Source of the DNA: an uncultured Lachnospiraceae bacterium
Lineage (GTDB): Bacteria; Bacillota; Clostridia; Lachnospirales; Lachnospiraceae
Assembly: GCA_900317505.1 (NCBI GenBank)
Contig: ONHB01000015.1
Span: 15,831-79,830 of the forward strand
Length of the DNA: 64,000 nt
Direction: 5' to 3'
The position numbers were made by a program, and so were the translations under genes. Shown here piece by piece: positions 9,262 to 19,923 of the stretch; the stretch's first letter is position 1, and each line of letters starts with the position of its first letter. The notes below the pieces were generated by a model. The model did no database searches. It saw only the letters and a program-made list of their open reading frames with translations, and had not been told where the DNA came from.

Positions 9262-11953
9262 TCAGATGTGGCATTCCTTACAACATAAACTGACGATAAA
9301 GAATGGGGCAGAAGCGGTGGCTGCTGCCTCTTTTAGCGTCGTATTATCGGCTCTTGCGACGTTTATCGCATGCAGGGGCATATATGGAAGCTGGCCGTCA
9401 TATACCGAGTTTGTGGCCGGTGGAACCGTGTACAGCGGGTACAACAAGCAGGGGGATCTGCTTCTGTTTTATCTGCTGCTGATCGGCATACCGCTTTTCT
9501 TTGCCGCTTTTTTGTGGTGTAAGCATATCTTTTTTAAAAATCGTGTGCAGGCTTCAAAGCTTCTAAAACATGACTGTCTGTACAACCTGATCGATTATAT
9601 TGCCGTGACGGTTTTAGGCTGTTTTGCAATTATAGCAGTGGAAACTGCAGCAGGTGGTAGACTGGTCCTTTACCGGTCAAAGCTGGCCTCCCTGCGCAAT
9701 ATTGTAGTGATCCTTTATATCGTATGTATGGTGGTTGCTGTGATCTACGCGGTCTGTCGCAAAAAAAAGATCACACCTCTTATGCAATGGATCACCGATA
9801 TAGCACAGCTGTTGCTGCCGTTTAGTTTTTTAGGTTATTTCAGTTTTTATTATCAATATGAAAATGAAGATGGTCTGATCGCTCTTTTTGCATCCGGCAG
9901 ATGGAAGTGGATGTGTATCGGTCTCTTTGTCTGTCTGTTTCTGGTGCAGGTGTACCGCCTGTTAAAAAAGAAAAAAGGCATTTCCATAAGCTCTCTTGCC
10001 ATCATTGCCACGATGTTGGCTATAAGGACACCGGGAGGCATTATGAGTGTGGATTTCTTTCATAACGGAGAAATGGCACTGCCGATGCAGCAGATGATGT
10101 CTTATCACAAGCTGCCGTATTTTGATATTGACCCGATACACGGGCTGTGCGACTTTGTTTACAGTTTTTTCAATTACCTGTTTTTTGACGGAACGTATCT
10201 CTCGCAAAATGCCGGTATTGCTGTTGCAGGTATTTTTATGGCGGCATTTTTGGCAGTGGTGCTTGCATGTTGTCTGAAAAATAGGCAGGCCGCATTGCTG
10301 CTTATCTGCCTGTTTATGCCGTATCTTACAGAAAAAGCAGGAGTACGCTATGTGCTGTTTTTAGCCGCCTTTCTGATCCTGTTAAATGATAAGGTGCGTA
10401 AAAATGATCTGTGGTTTTTATGGTGTTGGGTCTTATTGTGCATCATCGCCATTGCATACAACGTATCCATCGGAGCTTCGATGGCGGTTGCCTTCCTGCC
10501 GGAAGTGTTATGGCGCCTTATAAAGGATATTCGTTATAAGAAAAATCCATTGCAGGAGATGGACCGGAAACAGAAGCGGAAGCTGCTTGTTTCGTGGATT
10601 GTTTTATGTGTGATCGGCATATGCTTTATTCCATGGTTTTTACAGATCTTACGCTTTTTACATGAAAATGCAGGGACAACACTCTGGGTAAACGGAACTG
10701 CCATCTTTGGAAGTGAGTTTAACGGAATTGCCACGTTTGCAGTATTTATACCGTATCTGTGTATCCTTGCTCTGGCACTTTCACATAATCGGAAAGCTGG
10801 ATCTGCATTTTTATCCATGGTATGCGGTCTTTTTGTGATTGCCAATTATACCTGTGTCCGTTATGATGAGGCATTACGGCTTGCGGTTGTGGCTGTCTTA
10901 TTCTGCCTGATCTTTATCGCTTGTTTTTATAAAGATTTTCTTTCAACATGGAATGGTATCCTGGCACTTTGTGCGCTTCTTTTTGTAAGCGGATATCTTG
11001 TCCGGGAGTACCTGCCACTTCGTACAGAGCCTTTGCTTGCCGTGGAAAAAGTGCCTGCCGTAAAAGAGGTAGAAATGAATGAAGAAACGGTTGAGGATCC
11101 GGTTGTCTATGTGACAGGCGAAAGTGTCAACATGCCCAATCTGGGGAATGGGTTTGTACAGGGGCTGACCTTAAACAGCCTGAAAAATATACAGTATGTG
11201 CTGGAAAGCGAGGGCGCAGAGGATTCGTATCTCGACCTTACGAATAAGATTTCCCATACGGTGATTTTTGATCTGGAGGATGATTATCCCTACACGTCCG
11301 CTTATAACATCAGCAATGACCTGATGCAGGAAAAAGCGATAGAGCTTTTATCTGATAATCCATCGAGACTGATCCTGCTTGCTCCGTATATTCGCTTTGA
11401 TGAGGCACCCGTCAGCCTGCGTTCACCGAAGCTGTACCGGAAGCTTTTGCAGATGGGATATGAGCCTTATATATATGAAGATGTTGTATATCTGCTGCAG
11501 GGTGGTTCACAGTGTGAACAGGCCGAGGACGGCAAAAGAAAGCTTGGAATGCTCAATCACAGGACGGAGCTAGGAATGTTACCTTATCTATGGGGAACGG
11601 CCCTCGTGGACGAACAACAGGGGCTTTCAGAGGTCGACTGTGCGGATGGAAGGATAAGTGGTACAGAAGTGGATTTTGTGGATCTTGAAGTGGATGCATC
11701 CAAGCTTACCGGTGATACATTTACGGTTTCTTTCCAGAGTGGGGTAGATGGTGAAAACTACAGCTTTGTCATTAGTACCGGTAAGGAAAAGCTGGAAGAA
11801 AATAATAATGATGATGATAATGATAATGATAATGATTCTGTGCATTATCTGATACCGGTCTTTTCATCACCGTTTTTCTATTATTCCAATCAGGTGGAAT
11901 TGCAGATTGATGGGGTGGAGCCGGATAAGATATATTATTATAGATATAAGTGA
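9251..11953 (+). CDS. large polytopic membrane protein (~20 predicted TM helices) with a C-terminal extracytoplasmic domain and an Asp/Asn repeat
   Basis: Its start overlaps the stop of the upstream hybrid sensor gene. The first ~600 aa are highly hydrophobic. The C-terminal ~300 aa are soluble and include NNNDDDNDNDNDS. Confidence 0.7.
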   Translation: MKVDQMWHSLQHKLTIKNGAEAVAAASFSVVLSALATFIACRGIYGSWPSYTEFVAGGTVYSGYNKQGDLLLFYLLLIGIPLFFAAFLWCKHIFFKNRVQASKLLKHDCLYNLIDYIAVTVLGCFAIIAVETAAGGRLVLYRSKLASLRNIVVILYIVCMVVAVIYAVCRKKKITPLMQWITDIAQLLLPFSFLGYFSFYYQYENEDGLIALFASGRWKWMCIGLFVCLFLVQVYRLLKKKKGISISSLAIIATMLAIRTPGGIMSVDFFHNGEMALPMQQMMSYHKLPYFDIDPIHGLCDFVYSFFNYLFFDGTYLSQNAGIAVAGIFMAAFLAVVLACCLKNRQAALLLICLFMPYLTEKAGVRYVLFLAAFLILLNDKVRKNDLWFLWCWVLLCIIAIAYNVSIGASMAVAFLPEVLWRLIKDIRYKKNPLQEMDRKQKRKLLVSWIVLCVIGICFIPWFLQILRFLHENAGTTLWVNGTAIFGSEFNGIATFAVFIPYLCILALALSHNRKAGSAFLSMVCGLFVIANYTCVRYDEALRLAVVAVLFCLIFIACFYKDFLSTWNGILALCALLFVSGYLVREYLPLRTEPLLAVEKVPAVKEVEMNEETVEDPVVYVTGESVNMPNLGNGFVQGLTLNSLKNIQYVLESEGAEDSYLDLTNKISHTVIFDLEDDYPYTSAYNISNDLMQEKAIELLSDNPSRLILLAPYIRFDEAPVSLRSPKLYRKLLQMGYEPYIYEDVVYLLQGGSQCEQAEDGKRKLGMLNHRTELGMLPYLWGTALVDEQQGLSEVDCADGRISGTEVDFVDLEVDASKLTGDTFTVSFQSGVDGENYSFVISTGKEKLEENNNDDDNDNDNDSVHYLIPVFSSPFFYYSNQVELQIDGVEPDKIYYYRYK

Positions 11954-12050
11954 GACACGGTTTTAGATAGATTCTTTGATATGGTGATCCGAGTATGAGG
12001 CAAAATATTTCGGATATTTAAAATCAATGAATCAATAAATAAAATAATAC

Positions 12051-12112
12051 CGCGTTGGAAACAAAAAGCATTGTTGCTATATGTTGTTTCCTGACGCGGT
12101 ATTTTGTTTTAA
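12051..12112 (+). terminator. rho-independent terminator
   Basis: A 14-bp stem (ccgcgtTGGAAACAA ... TTGTTTCCtgacgcgg) followed by tattttgtttt, after the 900-aa gene. Confidence 0.5.
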
Positions 12113-12333
12113 TTTTGTTATATTTAAATGACACCGTGAAATTTGGATTCTATTATTATCGCTATGAAATCGCTGTGAAATTCAAATTCTAATATCATCA
12201 TTATGAAATCATGCAAAATACAGATCTTAATATCAGTGCTACGAAATTATGGTGAAATTCTAATAGTTTAATATTGTCACTATAAAACCACTTTGAAATC
12301 ACTAAAAAATTACAAGTGCGATTACCAATAAAA

Positions 12334-15033
12334 TCACTGTGTGCCGTCTGTCGCACCTGTATCCGGTGTGGTAGTCTCGGCTTGAGCAGCATTCGCGGCA
12401 TTAGCTGCATCCTGTGCCGCCTGAGCAGCGTTCTGGGCATCCTGAGCGGCTTGGGCAGCAGCCTGTTGTTGTGCGGCTTGCGCTGCCTGACTGTCGGCTG
12501 CAAATGCCTCAGGATTGTTAGCGTAATAAGATGCATTATGAGGACATACCTGCTGGGAAGCTGGAGAACCATCAACGTTCGGTGGAATCGTAACATATCC
12601 GGGTACCTGGAATGGACACGCGGGATCGGCCGGAAGACCGGTCGCAGCACATACCGTACCGGCATAATGTGCGTCACAGGTTTCGGTAGGAACGGTTCCT
12701 TCCGCAAAGTATTCGGTATGCGGTGTACAAATTCCCGCTACCGGAAGCTTGCCGGAGTATTTACATACAGAAGCTGTGACAATTCCATCCGGTTTGGTAA
12801 ATTCTTTGTTGGGCAGATTTTCATGTATTTTACTCATAACAGCACGCCACATGGTCTTGGAAAGATTTTTCTCGGCGCTGTCATGCATGATCTCGTTGTT
12901 GTCATAGCCGGTCCAGGTTGTCGCTGTATAATAAGGTGTATAACCTGCAAACCAGACATCGCGGTAGCTTGAAGTTGTACCGGTCTTACCGGCGATGGAC
13001 ATGCCACCGAAATTGACGCTTCTACCGGTACCCTTTGTAACAACATCAACCATGGCATCTGTCAATAAGAATGCGGTTGTTTCCTGTAAAACACGTCTTG
13101 TTTCCGGATTGGTGCGGTCTAAGATGACATTGCCGTCATGATCCAAGATTGTCGTATATAAAGCCGGCTGGATATAAACACCACCGTTGGCGATCGTAGC
13201 ATAGGAAGCATTTAATTCCATATTGGTAACACCGTCTGTAATACCACCGAGCGCAAGTGCCTGCTGGATATCGGAGTAGATCTCTGTCTTTCCGGTAACG
13301 GAATTGGTAACTGCACGGCGTTCAACCAGTGTGGTAAAACCAAATTTCTGCAGATAATCAAAACCGAGCTGCGGTGTGATCTGTGTCAGTGTCTTAACAG
13401 CTACGATATTTAAGGACTGTTCGATACCGTAACGCAGTGTACAGATGCCCTTGTATGCACCACCGTACCAGTTGGATACCGGACGGCCGTTGTCATAGTT
13501 GAAAGGCGCATCGTCCTGAACGGATGCAAGTGTCAGACCAGCACTGTCAAGAGCCGGAGCATAAGTAGATACGATCTTAAAGGTAGAACCCGGCTGACGC
13601 GTCGTGGATGTGGCACGGTTTAAGGAACGGCTGGAAGCCTTGGTACCACGGCCGCCGATCATGGCTACGATATAGCCTGTATGCTGGTCCTCGATTGTGA
13701 GGGAAACCTGCGGTTGTGGCGTCAGTACGATGTTTTCGGCTTCAACCTTGTCACCGCTTCCCATAACGGCAGCTTTGTACTGCTCGATCGCTTCATAGGC
13801 TTTATCCTGGGAAGAGTAGAGCAAATCAAAGTTGGCATCGGACTGCTTGAAATAGCTTTTAAACATTTCTGTGCTGTGGTTTTCCGTGTCTCCGTTGGCC
13901 TTGTCGATGGTCAGCTCATAGTGGAGAAGCCATTTGACATTGGAAGGGTAGTTGGATTCATCATTGTAAACCTCATCACAGATTTTCTGGATTTCGGGAT
14001 CCTGGGTGGTATTGATCTGGAGACCACCGCTGTATACGAGGTTGTAAGCCTGTGTCTCATTGTAACCGAGCTGATTCATTAAATCTTCGATGACCTGATC
14101 GATCACAGCATCTACAAAGTAGGTGTTGACCGATTCAACATCCATGCTTTCATTGACAGTCTTGATACGAGAATATACATCATCATTGATTGCTGTATTG
14201 TATTCACTCTGGGTGATATATCCCTGCTCAAGCATGTTGTTTAATACCTTTTCCCGTCTTTCGGCATTTTTGTCCGGATGGGAAATGGGATTGTACTTGG
14301 AAGGATTCTGCGTAATACCCGCAATTACAGCACATTCTGATAAAGTCAGGTCAGAAACATTTTTGTCAAAGTAACGTCTGGAGGCTGCCTGCACACCCAG
14401 TGTATTCTGGCCAAGGTTGATAGAGTTCATGTAAAGCTCCAGAATATCGTCCTTGGACATTCTCTTTTCCAGCTCTAAGGCCAGGTACTGTTCCTGAAAT
14501 TTACGCTTGAATTTGTTGACAAGGTTGGTCTCTGTGACCCAGGTATCATCAAATACATTGTTTTTCAAAAGCTGCTGGGTGATCGTGGATGCACCCTGAC
14601 TAAACTTAAATTTGCTTTTGATCGCTTCCATACCGGCACGGGCAATACCTTTGATATCGATACCGTTGTGCTCATAAAAACGCTCATCTTCGATAGCGAC
14701 AAATGCATTTGCCAGATTTTTTGGAATGGAATTCATGTTTACATAACTTCTGTTGGAATTGGTAGCAACAAGCTTTGTCATCTGATTGCCTTCTGCATCG
14801 TAGACAAAGGTTGCGTATCCGGAAGGAGTAACATCCAGAGTGGAAATATCCGGAGAGGATGCCAGGATTCCGTTGAACATACCGATACCCATACAGCAGC
14901 CCACAATTCCGACTCCGATAATGCATACAAGTATTGCCTTTAAAAAATAGAGTAAAAACATTTTCTCAATCTTTACAGAGGTTGAGTTTAGCTGTTTTTG
15001 TTTTCTCTTTATGCCTTTTTTACTATAATTCAT
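12334..15033 (-). CDS. bifunctional class A penicillin-binding protein (PBP1A family: glycosyltransferase plus transpeptidase)
   Basis: An N-terminal TM anchor, then GT51 motifs (EDERFYEHNGID, TITQQLLKN) and transpeptidase motifs STFK and KTG (KTGTT). The C-terminal tail is Ala/Gln-rich and low-complexity. Confidence 0.9.
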   Translation of the reverse strand: MNYSKKGIKRKQKQLNSTSVKIEKMFLLYFLKAILVCIIGVGIVGCCMGIGMFNGILASSPDISTLDVTPSGYATFVYDAEGNQMTKLVATNSNRSYVNMNSIPKNLANAFVAIEDERFYEHNGIDIKGIARAGMEAIKSKFKFSQGASTITQQLLKNNVFDDTWVTETNLVNKFKRKFQEQYLALELEKRMSKDDILELYMNSINLGQNTLGVQAASRRYFDKNVSDLTLSECAVIAGITQNPSKYNPISHPDKNAERREKVLNNMLEQGYITQSEYNTAINDDVYSRIKTVNESMDVESVNTYFVDAVIDQVIEDLMNQLGYNETQAYNLVYSGGLQINTTQDPEIQKICDEVYNDESNYPSNVKWLLHYELTIDKANGDTENHSTEMFKSYFKQSDANFDLLYSSQDKAYEAIEQYKAAVMGSGDKVEAENIVLTPQPQVSLTIEDQHTGYIVAMIGGRGTKASSRSLNRATSTTRQPGSTFKIVSTYAPALDSAGLTLASVQDDAPFNYDNGRPVSNWYGGAYKGICTLRYGIEQSLNIVAVKTLTQITPQLGFDYLQKFGFTTLVERRAVTNSVTGKTEIYSDIQQALALGGITDGVTNMELNASYATIANGGVYIQPALYTTILDHDGNVILDRTNPETRRVLQETTAFLLTDAMVDVVTKGTGRSVNFGGMSIAGKTGTTSSYRDVWFAGYTPYYTATTWTGYDNNEIMHDSAEKNLSKTMWRAVMSKIHENLPNKEFTKPDGIVTASVCKYSGKLPVAGICTPHTEYFAEGTVPTETCDAHYAGTVCAATGLPADPACPFQVPGYVTIPPNVDGSPASQQVCPHNASYYANNPEAFAADSQAAQAAQQQAAAQAAQDAQNAAQAAQDAANAANAAQAETTTPDTGATDGTQ

Positions 15034-15333
15034 AAAAAAGCCTCCTAATTATCATATGATCCTGTCTGAACACCGAAAATTGTATCCAGAACACAAGTAA
15101 ACATATATCATTTAGTATACCAAAATATGGTACTAAAATAAAGTGCTGAGTTATTTTTCTTCCATATATTGGATTGTTGACAAATTGTTATACTTTTATT
15201 CCGTGATGTGGTAAAATAAAGATGTTGTGCGTTATCAGAGATAAAATGCGAATTAACAGCTGTTTTTCTGAGAAAAATAATCGGATTATAGCAATTTGAT
15301 AGCAGTAGATAAAAAGAAAAGAGGTGATGATGT

Positions 15334-15993
15334 ATGCCAGACACTGACCGATCGATATATAAGGGCGGAGTGGGAGAAATCGTGGAAAAGAAATCACGGT
15401 TTATTGCGACCGTTCAGCCCGTATCCACAAAGGAAGAGGCGGAAGAGATGATAGCCGCCTGCAAAAAGAAATATTGGGATGCCAGACACAATTGCAGTGC
15501 ATACATTATTGCCGATACCGTTGATATTATGCATTCTTCAGATGATGGAGAACCGCCCCAGACAGCCGGAAAGCCGATGCTCGACATTCTGGTTTCGGAG
15601 GGACTTCGCAATGTCTGCGTTGTGGTGACCCGGTATTTCGGGGGCACATTGTTGGGAACAGGAGGACTTGTCCGCGCCTATCAGGCAGCAGTCAAGGAAG
15701 GTCTCAGACAGTGTACCTATATCGAAAAGAAAAAGGGTATGAAAGCAACTGTGGCTCTTGATTACAATGACGTGGGAAAGCTTCAGTATCTGTTTGCGAC
15801 TAACAAGGTTGAGACACTGAGCTCGGATTATGGAGAAAAAGTATCCTTATCCCTGATCATTCCATCTGAAGTTTATGAAGACATCAAAGAAAAAGTGGTT
15901 GACATAACAAATGGTAAATCGTCATTGCAGGATGTTTCGGAGGCTTACTATGCTCTTGTAGAAGGAGATATTAAGCTATGGATGAAAGACTAG
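15334..15993 (+). CDS. YigZ/IMPACT family protein
   Basis: UPF0029/IMPACT-like sequence (RFIATVQPVSTKEEAEEMI...KYWDARHNCSAY). Confidence 0.8.
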   Translation: MPDTDRSIYKGGVGEIVEKKSRFIATVQPVSTKEEAEEMIAACKKKYWDARHNCSAYIIADTVDIMHSSDDGEPPQTAGKPMLDILVSEGLRNVCVVVTRYFGGTLLGTGGLVRAYQAAVKEGLRQCTYIEKKKGMKATVALDYNDVGKLQYLFATNKVETLSSDYGEKVSLSLIIPSEVYEDIKEKVVDITNGKSSLQDVSEAYYALVEGDIKLWMKD

Positions 15994-17333
15994 AAGAACT
16001 ATATACGATAATGACACAGTTTCTGGACCAGAAGCAGTATGTGAAGCTGCGTGAATGGCTGAGAGACTTAAACGTTGCCGATATCGCGGCAATGATGGAA
16101 GAGCTGGATGAAGAAGTGCAGTTGAAAATGTTCCGTATTTTACCAAAGGATATGGCTGCGGATATTTTTTCATACCTTCCAATTGAAGTAGAACAGCAGA
16201 TCATTACCTCAATTTCCGACCGTGAAGCAGGAAAGATCATCGATAACCTGATGTCGGATGATGCGACCGACCTTTTGGAGGAAATGCCCGCCAATATCGT
16301 AAAAAGACTGCTTGCCAATGCCAGTCAGGAGACCAGAAGAGACATCAATCATCTGCTCCGTTATCCGGAGGATTCGGCAGGAAGTATCATGACCGTCGAA
16401 TTTATGGACCTTAAAGAAGGACAGACCGTCCAGCAGGCGATAGACCGTATCAAAAAAGCGGCCTTCGATTCCGAGACCATCAATATCTGCTATGTCCTGG
16501 ATTACCAGCGCAGACTAAAAGGAACCGTTGCTTTACGCTACCTGCTCATGAAAGATCCCGGTGAAAAGATCGGTGACATCATGCATGAAAATGTCATCAG
16601 CCTACACACCCTGATGGATCAGGAGGAAGTAGCAAGACAGTTCCAGAAATATGACTTTACTGCCATGCCCGTTGTTGACAATGAAAACCGCCTTGTCGGT
16701 ATCATCACTGTCGATGACGTTGTCGATATCTTACAGGAAGAAGCGACAGAAGATATGGAAAAGATGGCGGCTATCGTCCCCAGTGACAAGCCCTATCTGA
16801 AAACCACCGTTTTTGAAACATGGAAAAAACGTATTCCGTGGCTTTTACTGCTGATGATCTCCGCTACCTTTACCGGAAAGATCATCGCATCCTTTGAAGA
16901 TGCACTAAGCGTTTACGTGGTCCTTACAACCTTTATCCCGATGCTCATGGACACCGGAGGAAATGCCGGCGGACAGGCCAGTGTGACCGTTATCCGTGGA
17001 CTATCCCTCAATGAAATAGAATTTTCAGATACCCTGAAAGTCCTGTGGAAAGAAATCCGCGTAGCCGTCCTGTGCGGTATCACATTAGCAGCCGCTAACT
17101 TTATAAAACTGATGATCGTCGACCGCGTCACCTTACCGGTCGCAGCCGTTGTCTGCCTGACCCTCGTCGCAGCCGTATTCTTTGCCAAGATCGTCGGAAG
17201 CATGCTCCCGATCGCAGCCAAAAAACTAGGCTTTGACCCCGCCGTCATGGCAAGCCCCTTCATCACCACAATCGTAGATGCCCTATCCCTGCTAATCTAC
17301 TTTAAAATCGCCACCCTCCTCCTAGGCATCTAA
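15978..17333 (+). CDS. mgtE: magnesium transporter MgtE
   Basis: An MgtE N-domain, tandem CBS domains and a C-terminal five-helix membrane domain (PMLMDTGGNAGGQAS). Confidence 0.9.
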   Translation: MDERLEELYTIMTQFLDQKQYVKLREWLRDLNVADIAAMMEELDEEVQLKMFRILPKDMAADIFSYLPIEVEQQIITSISDREAGKIIDNLMSDDATDLLEEMPANIVKRLLANASQETRRDINHLLRYPEDSAGSIMTVEFMDLKEGQTVQQAIDRIKKAAFDSETINICYVLDYQRRLKGTVALRYLLMKDPGEKIGDIMHENVISLHTLMDQEEVARQFQKYDFTAMPVVDNENRLVGIITVDDVVDILQEEATEDMEKMAAIVPSDKPYLKTTVFETWKKRIPWLLLLMISATFTGKIIASFEDALSVYVVLTTFIPMLMDTGGNAGGQASVTVIRGLSLNEIEFSDTLKVLWKEIRVAVLCGITLAAANFIKLMIVDRVTLPVAAVVCLTLVAAVFFAKIVGSMLPIAAKKLGFDPAVMASPFITTIVDALSLLIYFKIATLLLGI

Positions 17334-17838
17334 CATAATCAGGCAAAAAATGCCACATCAGCAACCAAAATGAAGCTGATGTGGCATTCCCCATTTTTTA
17401 TCATTTCCAAAGCCATGAAAAATCGCGCAGCCAATTTTTCATGCTGCCCGTCCCCAAAACACTCCCGGGCAAACCTAAATCCCCTCCTAAAAAATCAAAA
17501 GAACAAAACAAAGCCTCAATCATCAAGAAAACCACAAAAAGGAAATTCTTCTTTCATAGTTTCATTGGCGATCGAAAAGAGCTGGGTATTCTGTTTTTTC
17601 TGCATGCCCCGACGTTGTTGCTTAGTTTATCTTAATAATCCGCGCCTTCACTATCAGCCACTTCGCGACATGGATGTCGCGAAAGCACATACAGAGGCAG
17701 GATGCCGATTATGTGCTGTGTGGCGTCCGAAACCAACAAACCACACGCGGATTATTTAGATAAACTTAGCCAACAAAAGTCCATGCAGAAAAAACAGAAT
17801 ACCCAGCTCCAACCTCCCAAGAACCTATCCCACAAACA

Positions 17839-19710
17839 CTATTTTTTAAACCCCGCTCTTTTCCTCAACGTAGGATCCAAAATCTTCTTCCGAATACGCA
17901 GACTCTTCGGCGTAACCTCCAAAAGCTCATCCGTATCAATAAAATCCAAAGCCTGCTCCAAGCTTAAAATCTTCGGTGGAACCAGCTTCAAAGCCTCATC
18001 CGAGCTGGAAGTACGAGTATTGGTCAGATGCTTTGTCTTGCATACATTGATCTCAATATCTTCAGCACGACCGGTTTCCCCAACAACCATACCGGAATAA
18101 ACCTTTTCCCCAGGTCCGATAAACAGAGTACCACGTTCCTGTGCATTAAATAAGCCATAGGTAATTGCCTCACCTGCCTCAAAAGCAATCAGAGAACCGT
18201 TAGCACGATAATTCAAATCTCCCTTGTAAGGACCATAACCATCAAAAATCGTATTCAGAATACCATTACCCTTGGTATCCGTCATAAACTCGCCACGATA
18301 ACCGATCAGACCACGGGAAGGAATAGAAAACTCCAGTCTCGTATATCCGCCGGAGCCTGTGCCCATATTTAAAAGCTCACCCTTTCTGGCAGAAAGCTTC
18401 TGGATAACAGCACCGGAAAATTCATCCGGCACATCAATATAAGCAAGCTCCATAGGCTCGGTCTTTTTACCATGTTCATCTTCTTTATACAAAACTTCGG
18501 CTTTGGATACCGCAAATTCATAACCTTCACGACGCATATTTTCAATCAGGACGGAAAGATGCAGCTCACCACGCCCGGAAACCTTGAAAGAATCCATGCT
18601 TTCTGTTTCCTCCACACGGAGAGAAACATCAGTATTTAATTCGCGGAACAGACGGTCACGCAAATGACGGGAAGTAACAAATTTACCTTCGGTTCCAGCA
18701 AGAGGAGAGTCATTTACAACAAAGTGCATAGCGATCGTCGGCTCAGAAATCTTCTGGAACGGGATCGGTCTGACATCTTCGGGAGAGCAGAGCGTATCTC
18801 CGATGTGAATATCAGAAATGCCGGAGATTGCAACAATGGAACCAATACCGGCTTCCTTGACCTCAACCTTATTTAAGCCGTCAAATTCATACAGCTTGGA
18901 AACCTTAACCTTGCGCAGCTTGTCGGGCTCATGATGGTTGACCATCACAACATCCTGGTTGACCTTGATCGTACCGTTATCAACCTTGCCGACACCGATA
19001 CGGCCGACATATTCGTTGTAATCGATCGTACTGATCAGCACCTGTGTTCCGGCATCCGGATCTCCCTCGGGAGCGGGAATATAATCAAGGATCGTATCAA
19101 ACAAAGGAATCATATCGGTTCCTTCTTTATCCATATCAAGACTTGCGTAGCCGCCTCTTGCCGATGCAAATACAAACGGACAGTCAAGCTGGCTTTCATC
19201 AGCCTCCAAATCAATAAAAAGCTCCAGTACTTCATCAACAACTTCGGCACATCTGGCTTCCGGACGGTCGATCTTGTTGACACAGACAATAACCGGAAGA
19301 TTGAGCTCTAAGGCCTTGCGCAATACAAATTTGGTTTGGGGCATAGCGCCTTCAAAAGCGTCAACGACCAGAATAACACCGTTGACCATTTTTAATACAC
19401 GCTCAACCTCGCCACCGAAGTCTGCATGGCCGGGGGTATCGATGATGTTGATCTTGGTACCCTTGTAAGTGATGGCTGTATTTTTGGAAAGAATGGTAAT
19501 ACCACGCTCTCTTTCAATATCATTGGAATCCATGACACGTTCAGCGACTTCCTGATTTTCACGGAAAACACCGCTTTGCTTTAACAGTTCATCAACTAAA
19601 GTTGTCTTGCCATGATCTACATGGGCAATGATCGCTACATTTCTTACATCTTCACGTTTTGTCTTCATAACTAAAAATCCTTTCGCGCTTTTTCGCACCG
19701 CGCCCAACAT
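17839..19710 (-). CDS. typA: translational GTPase TypA/BipA
   Basis: G1 motif AHVDHGKTT, the DTPGHADF motif and NKID. It has the EF-G-like domain organisation and is ~620 aa. Confidence 0.95.
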   Translation of the reverse strand: MLGAVRKSAKGFLVMKTKREDVRNVAIIAHVDHGKTTLVDELLKQSGVFRENQEVAERVMDSNDIERERGITILSKNTAITYKGTKINIIDTPGHADFGGEVERVLKMVNGVILVVDAFEGAMPQTKFVLRKALELNLPVIVCVNKIDRPEARCAEVVDEVLELFIDLEADESQLDCPFVFASARGGYASLDMDKEGTDMIPLFDTILDYIPAPEGDPDAGTQVLISTIDYNEYVGRIGVGKVDNGTIKVNQDVVMVNHHEPDKLRKVKVSKLYEFDGLNKVEVKEAGIGSIVAISGISDIHIGDTLCSPEDVRPIPFQKISEPTIAMHFVVNDSPLAGTEGKFVTSRHLRDRLFRELNTDVSLRVEETESMDSFKVSGRGELHLSVLIENMRREGYEFAVSKAEVLYKEDEHGKKTEPMELAYIDVPDEFSGAVIQKLSARKGELLNMGTGSGGYTRLEFSIPSRGLIGYRGEFMTDTKGNGILNTIFDGYGPYKGDLNYRANGSLIAFEAGEAITYGLFNAQERGTLFIGPGEKVYSGMVVGETGRAEDIEINVCKTKHLTNTRTSSSDEALKLVPPKILSLEQALDFIDTDELLEVTPKSLRIRKKILDPTLRKRAGFKK

Positions 19711-19923
19711 TGCTTTTTACTAGTAATAATCATGTTTACAAACTATTTAAGTCTATCACATTTCATATAAAAATCAAGTAAATTCATGTCGGTTTGTGCT
19801 TTTTTTGTCGGAATAAAAGCCTAAATGTCGATTGAAAATTTACATTTTTTAGCAAAAATGCAATAAGATATTACTACATGACAGGAAAAAATTCTTTATT
19901 GTGTAAGAAGGGAGAACAAGAAA

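Noticed and set aside
12316-12972. 218-aa Cys/Arg-rich ORF on the + strand.
   Set aside because: It lies entirely antisense to the well-supported PBP1A gene and arises from GC-rich codon repeats of the Ala/Gln tail. It has no ribosome-binding site.
17400-17838. Possible RNase P RNA. The top strand contains AAAGTCCATGC and ACAGAATAC, which recall the bacterial P4 strands.
   Set aside because: The two P4-like strings are adjacent here, whereas RNase P needs them ~300 nt apart. No GGAAAG..UCCGGGC or other conserved RNase P elements are present. I kept the region only as a generic structured-RNA candidate.
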